In this document: piece after piece, positions 49,059 to 55,062 of the stretch
Numbering within the stretch: the first letter of the stretch is position 1
Layout: each line of letters opens with the position of its first letter
Source of the DNA: Kiritimatiellia bacterium
GTDB taxonomy: Bacteria; Verrucomicrobiota; Kiritimatiellia; RFP12; UBA1067
Assembly: GCA_045630425.1 (NCBI GenBank)
Contig: JAZQTB010000051.1
Location: 1 to 55,062 of the forward strand
Direction: 5' to 3'
DNA: 55,062 nucleotides
Notes under the pieces: generated by a model
Database searches by the model: none
Told to the model about the DNA's origin: nothing
Seen by the model: only the letters and a program-made list of their open reading frames with translations
Made by a program: the position numbers and the translations under genes

Positions 49059-49920
49059 CGACAAGCCTCCTTAAATAATCTCCGTAACTCGACTTTCCGT
49101 AATCCGCGGCGAGTTTCTTGAGCTGGGCATCGTCGATCCAGCCGCGATTCCAGGCGATTTCCTCAATGCAGCTCATCTGAAGTCCCTGACGTTCGATAAT
49201 CGCCTTGACGAAATTCGTGGCGTCGGCGAGCGACTGGTGAGTCCCCGTGTCGAGCCACGCGTAGCCGCGCCCGAAAGTCTTGACGCGCAGATCGCCGCGA
49301 TTGAGATACACCTTGTTCACATCGGTGATTTCATATTCGCCGCGCGCGGAAGGACGCAGACCGGAGGCAATCCTGACGACATCGTTCGGATAAAAGTAAA
49401 GTCCGACGACGGCATAACTGGACTTCGGAATTTTAGGCTTCTCTTCTAACGAGACCGCGTTGCCGTTTTCATCAAACTCCACAACACCGTACCGTTCGGG
49501 ATCGGCGACGCGATAACCGAAGACCGTCGGTTTGGGAGATTCATTCGCTTCGCGCAGAACCTTGGGAAGATCGGCTCCGTAGAAAATGTTGTCGCCGAGA
49601 ACAAGGCAAACGTCATCGTCGCCGATAAACTCGCGTCCTATCACAAACGCCTGGGCGAGCCCGTCGGGACGCTCCTGGACCTTATAAGAAAACTTCATCC
49701 CAAGTTGCGAACCGTCACCTAAAAGTTTTTCGAAGTTTGGCAAATCAGTCGGAGTTGAAATTATCAAAACCTCACGAATCCCCGAAAGCATAAGCGTCGA
49801 AAGCGGATAATAAATCATCGGCTTGTCGTATACGGGCAGAAGCTGCTTCGACACCACGCGAGTAAGAGGATGAAGCCTCGTACCTGCTCCGCCTGCCAGG
49901 ATTATACCCTTTCTGCCCAT
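49048..49920 (-). CDS. rfbA: Glucose-1-phosphate thymidylyltransferase
   Basis: [27 protein letters not shown] and WLDTGT motifs. Confidence 0.97.
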   Translation of the reverse strand: MGRKGIILAGGAGTRLHPLTRVVSKQLLPVYDKPMIYYPLSTLMLSGIREVLIISTPTDLPNFEKLLGDGSQLGMKFSYKVQERPDGLAQAFVIGREFIGDDDVCLVLGDNIFYGADLPKVLREANESPKPTVFGYRVADPERYGVVEFDENGNAVSLEEKPKIPKSSYAVVGLYFYPNDVVRIASGLRPSARGEYEITDVNKVYLNRGDLRVKTFGRGYAWLDTGTHQSLADATNFVKAIIERQGLQMSCIEEIAWNRGWIDDAQLKKLAADYGKSSYGDYLRRLVDVR

Positions 49921-49923
49921 CCG

Positions 49924-50487
49924 TCACGACCTCCCGCTTTCATCGTACGGCTCTACTCCGGCGAGAGAAGGATGCTTTCTGTCCTTTTCAGAAACGATAA
50001 AGTCAACACCGATATCGGGCCACTTAATCCCAAGCGACGGATCGTCAAACTTAAGGCCGCGCTCGGAAGACGGATTGTAGAAATTATCGCACTTATAACT
50101 GAAAATGGTGTTATCCTCAAGAACCAGAAAACCGTGGGCGAAACCGCGGGGAATGAAGAGCTGTCGACCGTTCTCGGCGGAAAGTTCCATTGCCGTATAC
50201 TTACCGAAGGTGGGCGAACCCTTCCTGATATCGACCGCCACGTCTAAAACTCTTCCGCGTATAACGCGAACGAGCTTGGCCTGAGCGTAAGGCGTGGTCT
50301 GCCAATGAAGCCCGCGAACGACACCTTTCATCGAAAGCGACTCGTTGTCCTGAACAAATTCGGCGGTGATCCCCGCGTCAAAATAACGCTTACGGCTGTA
50401 TGTTTCGCAGAAATAGCCCCTCTCGTCGCGCCTCATGTCCGGCTCGACGATTTTTACACCGTCTATCTCCGTTTCAATAACATTCAT
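49924..50487 (-). CDS. rfbC: dTDP-4-dehydrorhamnose 3,5-epimerase
   Basis: DERGYF, FVQDNES, RGLH, QAKLV and GFAHGF motifs; start ATG 50487. Confidence 0.96.
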   Translation of the reverse strand: MNVIETEIDGVKIVEPDMRRDERGYFCETYSRKRYFDAGITAEFVQDNESLSMKGVVRGLHWQTTPYAQAKLVRVIRGRVLDVAVDIRKGSPTFGKYTAMELSAENGRQLFIPRGFAHGFLVLEDNTIFSYKCDNFYNPSSERGLKFDDPSLGIKWPDIGVDFIVSEKDRKHPSLAGVEPYDESGRS

Positions 50488-50497
50488 AATTGACGAT

Positions 50498-50506
50498 ATT
50501 ATATCA
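50498..50506 (-). promoter_or_regulatory. Extended -10 promoter 10 nt upstream of the rfbC ATG
   Basis: TGATATAATatcgtcaattATG. Confidence 0.6.
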
Positions 50507-50540
50507 AAACTACCGATTGTTGGGTGCGATTTTATTTGAC

Positions 50541-50572
50541 AAAAAAATGGGCACGGGCGAATTCGCCCGTGC
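50541..50572 (-). terminator. Rho-independent terminator downstream of the 847-aa gene
   Basis: Perfect 22-bp palindrome GCACGGGCGAATTCGCCCGTGC followed by CCATTTTTTT on the minus strand. Confidence 0.8.
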
Positions 50573-50653
50573 GCCAAAAGAAAGTTGTTTCAGATAAGTT
50601 GTTTTCAAATCGTCGAAAGGCTCAATTGTGAATTGCGCAGACGACGCGAAATA

Positions 50654-53197
50654 TCACTTGCGCTTCCAGCCCTTTTCGCGGAGAGCCTCCTCGGGCCAAA
50701 CCGGGAGCGGCTCGCCGATCTTGTAGACCTTAAAGTCCTTAAGCTCGATGCGGGTATGACCGGCCGTGATTTCAGCCTTAGCGTCGATATAGATTTCGTC
50801 CGCCCCTTCCGGAACGCGCACAACCACCTCGCCCGACTGCCATACATCGTCCTCGCGCGGCGCCGTCATGACGATCTGCGGAACGACGACGTTCGATTTG
50901 ATGTTCTCTCCGTTGCCGCGGAAACGCGGATAGAGGAAAATATACCCGGGACCGCGACGCTTCATCGAAAGACCTACCGTATAAAGTTCACCCGGCTTGA
51001 CGCCCTTGACCGCGATGTCATGAGGCGCGCCTTCGTACGAAACGAACCGGTTGCGGTGATCGACGGCGGGAACGTTCCTGCCCAACAGGGCGGGAATGAG
51101 ACCCAAGGTCTTCAGACGGCCGATTCTCTTGGCGGCGGGCGTGACGATCGAACTGTGGGTCTTGATTTCGCCGACTACGACGTCGGCCACATTTGAGCAT
51201 CCGGTAATGCCCCTTTCATACACGCCCGTCACGTCAGGCGCGTACAACGCCGTCATCGAAAGGATATTGTTCAACTTCCCGATCCCGACGACGGTATAAC
51301 CGGTGTCGGCCTTGACGCCCGTAAGATCGAGCACGCCCGACCCGGCCGTTTCGGCGTTGTCTCCTTTAACCACGAGAGTGCCCGCTTTCTTGTTGAGTTT
51401 AGCCGAAAGCTTCCAGTTCCCGTCGGTGAGGACATTGGTCTTTTCGTCGAATTTCCACTTGCCGCCCTTCGCTTTCCTGAATTTCTCCGGCAGCTCAAAA
51501 AGCCTGTTGATCTGAATCGACCGGTAGATGACGCGCTGATCGGGAGTGAGCACGGCAGCGAGATCGAGCACAAGTTCGTCCGCGCCTTTAGGAACGACGA
51601 CCTCAGCCTCGACCGGATAGAATCCCCAATAGCCCTTCTCTCTCACCGGCTCGTCCGGCATCTTTATCGCGACGGGATCGATCGGCGCGATCTTGCCGTT
51701 CTTCTTCCAATACACGCGCGGAGTCGCCGCGCCGTCGATGAACGCGAATTTGCGGGTCGTTTGCGAAACCCTGAACGTGATGAAGAACTTTTCGCCGGGT
51801 ATGACGTTCTTGACCGACGGGCGCTCTTCGTCCTTCTGGCGGAACTCGCGCCTGTTGGGGTCGCGCTCAAAGACAACTCCCTTGATATCCTTGGCGAGAT
51901 TGACGAGTTTGCCCTCCTTGGCGAGCGCGGCTTTACGTCTCGCGGCAAGACCAAGCGGATCCTTGACCATCATGATCGTCTCGGTCATGCCCGGGGCGAG
52001 CTCTTCCCATGTGGCCGTTTTGGCGTAATGGCCGTCGCGCCAGTTGAAAACCTTTCCGCCCGATTCGCCGTAAAGCCAGACGTACTTCGTGGCCGTCTGC
52101 AGCGACTGCTCGAAATTAAGGCGCATGTGCTCCAAGCGCGAACCGTTCACCGGTCCGTGATACCACAGGCTCGCAGGATTGGAGTTCGTGCGGTACATAT
52201 CGAGAAAGTGGGTGTTGCCCATGTAGAACTGCGAGCGGAACTTCGCGGTGTTTTCGGGAGCTATGAGCGGCAGAACCGTGGTCGACGAAAGAACATGCTG
52301 CTTAAGGAAGAAATCTTCCGTCGCCGAACGCGAATACGCCTCCGCGCCTTCGACGACGCGCACCTCCGGCGGCATCACATCGATCATTCCGTTGAGGAAG
52401 TGATGAAGAAGTTCACCCGACTGGTCGACATTGTTGAGCGGATAGGGCTGACGGCCCTCCTGCGTCCAGAAATCGAACTTCTTGAAGCACCAGAGCGACA
52501 GAATGACCGCGTCGGGAAACTCCTTGAAGACGCGCGAGAAGACCTCGCGGCCGCGCTGACGGGCAAGCTTCGCGGTCTCGGCGAACGGCGGATCTTTATA
52601 GCAGTGAATATACTGCGCGAAAGCTCCACCCTGAGCCGCGTATTCTTCGGGGTCGAGCATAAGCCCTTTAAGCCCCGCCTCCTTGGCGAGCCACGCGACA
52701 TTCGCCATGTTTTCGGCATAATTCGCCCAACCTTCATCGTCATCCCAGTTGATGCGGTTGTCCCCGCTCGGAGACATCCAAAAGAGAAGCATGCTTTCGG
52801 TGAGATTCGGCTTCTTGGCGATCTCCTTCAGGTAGGGAAGATGCTTTTTGATCTCTTCTCTCTTCCAGCGCTGGGAGCGATGCATAATCTGCGAATGGCT
52901 GGCCGTAATGACATTGCCGCTTTCGTCGACGACCGAAGCTTTAATGCCGATGGCGACGCCGTCGAGATATGGCGTATGCTTTGCGAACTGATCGGCGTTT
53001 GCGAGAATATTGGACGGGGAAGTTTTGAAAACGTCGAACAAAAGTCCAATATACTTCTTGTCGTATCCGCCTGCGGTCGCCAGTTTCGCGTCGGCGCACG
53101 CCGGAATCGCGTCTGCCGCCGTCAGTACTCCGGTCGTCAACGCGAAAAGCGCCGAGACGATCGTCTTCATTCTCTTATTCATATTTTCTTTTTTCAT
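50654..53197 (-). CDS. Secreted multidomain hypothetical protein (putative glycoside-hydrolase-like barrel, two CBM-like repeats and an LRR-cap-like insert)
   Basis: Signal peptide; GLKGLMLDPEEY; internal repeats (V..GE.F/Y...VPxGADE); AAGGAG SD. Confidence 0.75.
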   Translation of the reverse strand: MKKENMNKRMKTIVSALFALTTGVLTAADAIPACADAKLATAGGYDKKYIGLLFDVFKTSPSNILANADQFAKHTPYLDGVAIGIKASVVDESGNVITASHSQIMHRSQRWKREEIKKHLPYLKEIAKKPNLTESMLLFWMSPSGDNRINWDDDEGWANYAENMANVAWLAKEAGLKGLMLDPEEYAAQGGAFAQYIHCYKDPPFAETAKLARQRGREVFSRVFKEFPDAVILSLWCFKKFDFWTQEGRQPYPLNNVDQSGELLHHFLNGMIDVMPPEVRVVEGAEAYSRSATEDFFLKQHVLSSTTVLPLIAPENTAKFRSQFYMGNTHFLDMYRTNSNPASLWYHGPVNGSRLEHMRLNFEQSLQTATKYVWLYGESGGKVFNWRDGHYAKTATWEELAPGMTETIMMVKDPLGLAARRKAALAKEGKLVNLAKDIKGVVFERDPNRREFRQKDEERPSVKNVIPGEKFFITFRVSQTTRKFAFIDGAATPRVYWKKNGKIAPIDPVAIKMPDEPVREKGYWGFYPVEAEVVVPKGADELVLDLAAVLTPDQRVIYRSIQINRLFELPEKFRKAKGGKWKFDEKTNVLTDGNWKLSAKLNKKAGTLVVKGDNAETAGSGVLDLTGVKADTGYTVVGIGKLNNILSMTALYAPDVTGVYERGITGCSNVADVVVGEIKTHSSIVTPAAKRIGRLKTLGLIPALLGRNVPAVDHRNRFVSYEGAPHDIAVKGVKPGELYTVGLSMKRRGPGYIFLYPRFRGNGENIKSNVVVPQIVMTAPREDDVWQSGEVVVRVPEGADEIYIDAKAEITAGHTRIELKDFKVYKIGEPLPVWPEEALREKGWKRK

Positions 53198-53204
53198 TTT
53201 TTCT

Positions 53205-53386
53205 CCTTACTCTTTTCTCTTTACTCTTTACTCTTTTCTCTTTACCCTTTACCCTTTACCCTTTACCCTTTACTCTTTTCCCTTTACCCTTTACTCTTTT
53301 CCCTTTACCCTTTACTCTTTTCCCTTTACCCTTTACTCTTTTCCCTTTACTCTTTACCCTTTACTCTTTACTCTTTTCCCTTTTCT
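53205..53386. repeat. Tandem heptamer array, 26 x CTTTWCY, with a higher-order 21-bp unit
   Basis: Parsed unit by unit: CTTTACC, CTTTACT, CTTTTCC and CTTTTCT, plus one terminal CCTTACT; no indels. Confidence 0.95.
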
Positions 53387-53396
53387 AATACTTGAC

Positions 53397-54839
53397 TTAT
53401 CTAACAATTACTTTAAGGCCCGTTTTCGATTTCTTTATCAGCCAAAAGCATGGATAGCCCGAAAAATTACCACCGGTTTTATCTTGCATGCAAAAAGCAA
53501 TTACATTTCTTTGATTTATCTTCACATCGCCTGTATTCGCATCCGTTGCACACATTAACTGATCTTCTATCATACGCGCAACCATATCGTCTCTGTCTCG
53601 CGTAAATTTTTCGTCACTGGTTTTTTCACTCCAACTTCTATTATTAAATTTTTCCTTCCTCATTACATGATATGTCTCATCGATCACATCCACCCATTCA
53701 TCTTCACTTTCTTCATCAATGTATACCTTGATGAAAGGCCCCTTAGTATTGCCTACAGACCCATCTGCAAAAATTTTAACCGGCTCTGGGTGCATAAAAA
53801 TTTCTGCTCCCGGAGCAAGATTACAAAACGCATTGCCACGGATTTCATAGACATAAGTCTTAAAAACAACTTCTTGAAGGCTTGTACATCCTCCAAAATA
53901 ACTTCCCCCCACAACGTTCGTACTGGCTAAATTAGGAAAATTCCATTCAAGAGCACCGTCAAAAGAAGAACAATTCGAAAAAATGTTTTTAACATCTGAA
54001 TTATCATTTCCAAGGTGCGTAATCCCCGGATTGAGCATTGCACGAATACAATCACCGGGCAAAGAGACACAGCCACTGAACACCGTGGAAGAAATTTTTG
54101 AAATTTCCTTCGAAAACTCAACATATTTAAGTTTTTTGCAGCTTGAAAATGAATTCCCTGGTATCGAAGTCATCAAAGGCATTTTTATCGATTCAATTTC
54201 TTCACAACCACTGAACCACTTACCTCCGCCACTATTACCAGTACATACTGGAAATGAAAATTCACCGGCCAATTTCGCACAACCCGAAAACGCTTCAATT
54301 GGAATACTTGTAATATTCAACTCTTTGGGCTCAAAATCAACAAGCGATTTACAACCGATGAACGGACGATGACTACTAAAACTTGTAAAACCATCAGACA
54401 GCTTAACCTTAGTCAAGTTAATACAGTTCCCGAAGCAACCGGTGCCATAAATTTCAGTTAGGTCCGGCGCGATAAATTCCGTCAATCGATCCGCATAGCC
54501 TTTAAAATTGCAACCTTCTTGGTAAGAAAAATTTCCAAACTTAACTGCGTAATACTGCGTTCCTTGGGCGTCTTTAATCACGCTGAAATCAATCGAAAAT
54601 GTGTCTGGAATGGCGTTCGGATTATTAAAGGAACCGTATTGCGCGTTTATCGTCAACTGATTGTTTTTATTATTTCCAGTCACATGAAACGTTACTACAC
54701 CATCGGTCACAGTTCCTACGTACGCAGTCTTCCCGTCGGGCAAAGTGCCTCCTTCAGGATAAAATGTCCAATCCGCATTTGCGGTCACTCCGATTATAGC
54801 GACTAACGCCGCCACTAAACATTTAACGCACTCTTTCAT
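53397..54839 (-). CDS. Secreted BspA-type leucine-rich repeat (LRR_5) protein
   Basis: Signal peptide (...ANA|D); repeats such as SIPIEAFSGCAKL, SIPGNSFSSCKKL and FGGCTSLQEVVF; markedly AT-rich. Confidence 0.85.
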   Translation of the reverse strand: MKECVKCLVAALVAIIGVTANADWTFYPEGGTLPDGKTAYVGTVTDGVVTFHVTGNNKNNQLTINAQYGSFNNPNAIPDTFSIDFSVIKDAQGTQYYAVKFGNFSYQEGCNFKGYADRLTEFIAPDLTEIYGTGCFGNCINLTKVKLSDGFTSFSSHRPFIGCKSLVDFEPKELNITSIPIEAFSGCAKLAGEFSFPVCTGNSGGGKWFSGCEEIESIKMPLMTSIPGNSFSSCKKLKYVEFSKEISKISSTVFSGCVSLPGDCIRAMLNPGITHLGNDNSDVKNIFSNCSSFDGALEWNFPNLASTNVVGGSYFGGCTSLQEVVFKTYVYEIRGNAFCNLAPGAEIFMHPEPVKIFADGSVGNTKGPFIKVYIDEESEDEWVDVIDETYHVMRKEKFNNRSWSEKTSDEKFTRDRDDMVARMIEDQLMCATDANTGDVKINQRNVIAFCMQDKTGGNFSGYPCFWLIKKSKTGLKVIVR

Positions 54840-54872
54840 ATTTTATCCTTTCGCTTCTCATTTTCAAGTATA

Positions 54873-54902
54873 ATGATATCACACCTTGCAGTTTTTAGTC
54901 AA
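54873..54902 (-). promoter_or_regulatory. Putative sigma70 promoter for the LRR gene
   Basis: TTGACT-18 nt-TATCAT with TGA immediately before the -10 box. Confidence 0.5.
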
Positions 54903-54922
54903 CAATAAAACAATAAAACACC

Positions 54923-54975
54923 GTAATCGGTTAGTCGAATGTGCGGGCTAACGCCGCCCATCCGACTAATCAATT
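54923..54975. repeat. Copy 2 of the 18-bp sequence, forming one arm of an imperfect long hairpin
   Basis: 54923-54940 is identical to 20969-20986; the arm AATCGGTTAGTCGAATGTGCGG pairs with CCGCCCATCCGACTAATCAATT. Confidence 0.75.
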
Positions 54976-55062
54976 TGCGTTGCGCCATAAAAGCGCGTCA
55001 ACATCCGCGTTCTTGTTGCGTCCAATTTCGTCAAGAACAGAAGAAAGCTTCGCAACAGGATC
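54970..55062 (-). CDS. C-terminal 30 codons of a gene entering from the window end (weakly TatD-like)
   Basis: Open frame DPVAKLSSVLDEIGRNKNADVDALLWRNAN-stop; the product guess is weak. Confidence 0.4.
   Translation of the reverse strand, partial: DPVAKLSSVLDEIGRNKNADVDALLWRNAN

Noticed and set aside
50551-50572. Perfect 22-bp palindrome as an operator or recombination site
   Set aside because: Its position after a stop codon and the adjacent T-tract are explained by an intrinsic terminator
53205-53386. Possible CRISPR array
   Set aside because: Contiguous 7-bp units with no unique spacers, and no cas genes
549-53395. Many long plus-strand ORFs antisense to real genes (e.g. 1412-2740, 6776-8350, 26536-28005, 30222-31712, 37555-39207, 51761-53395)
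   Set aside because: Shadow ORFs expected from high GC and codon bias; Arg/Ala-rich, no motifs, fully overlapping well-supported minus-strand genes
53010-53558. Plus-strand ORFs with FTLYSFP/LYPLLFS peptide repeats
   Set aside because: Translation artefacts of the pyrimidine-rich strand of the heptamer array, antisense to real genes
1-55062. tRNA, rRNA, riboswitch, IS/transposase, integrase or defence genes
   Set aside because: None recognised by eye and intergenic gaps are short; a covariance-model scan would be needed to exclude small RNAs

Overview
A 55 kb stretch of a GC-rich, diderm (LPS-making) bacterial chromosome. It is almost entirely housekeeping genes, packed head-to-tail and nearly all on the minus strand. 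Gene content and protein style suggest an anaerobic PVC-superphylum organism such as Kiritimatiellae/Verrucomicrobia (inference only). In order it carries: murJ-lpxK-lptD-rng-rodA-mrdA-mreDCB; priA; a prepilin-type protein; pgsA; an orphan His kinase with azlCD; ybeY; fprA; coaD; rhaB; pbpC and a DD-carboxypeptidase; a zinc-ribbon/PTS-EIIA fusion, a DtxR regulator, nrdR and a lone rnfE; a 5-gene DRTGG/CBS-RsbT/PHP/HATPase module; ispH, mazG, pfp, ribH, rimO, paaK and nadB; a GATase-less GMP synthase; rfbBAC; and two accessory secreted proteins separated by a 26x7-bp tandem array. No tRNA, rRNA, CRISPR array or transposase was recognised. The best leads are: (1) a hydrogenase-type partner-switching module with no hydrogenase, followed by a large unannotated protein with atypical-kinase motifs; (2) a CdsZ-like zinc ribbon fused to EIIA; (3) a HAD protein with a clamp-binding-like tail; (4) the heptamer array and shared domain in the secreted-protein pair; (5) an 18-bp intergenic repeat; (6) repeated near-leaderless promoters. 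All functional calls come from reading motifs by eye; no database searches were run.
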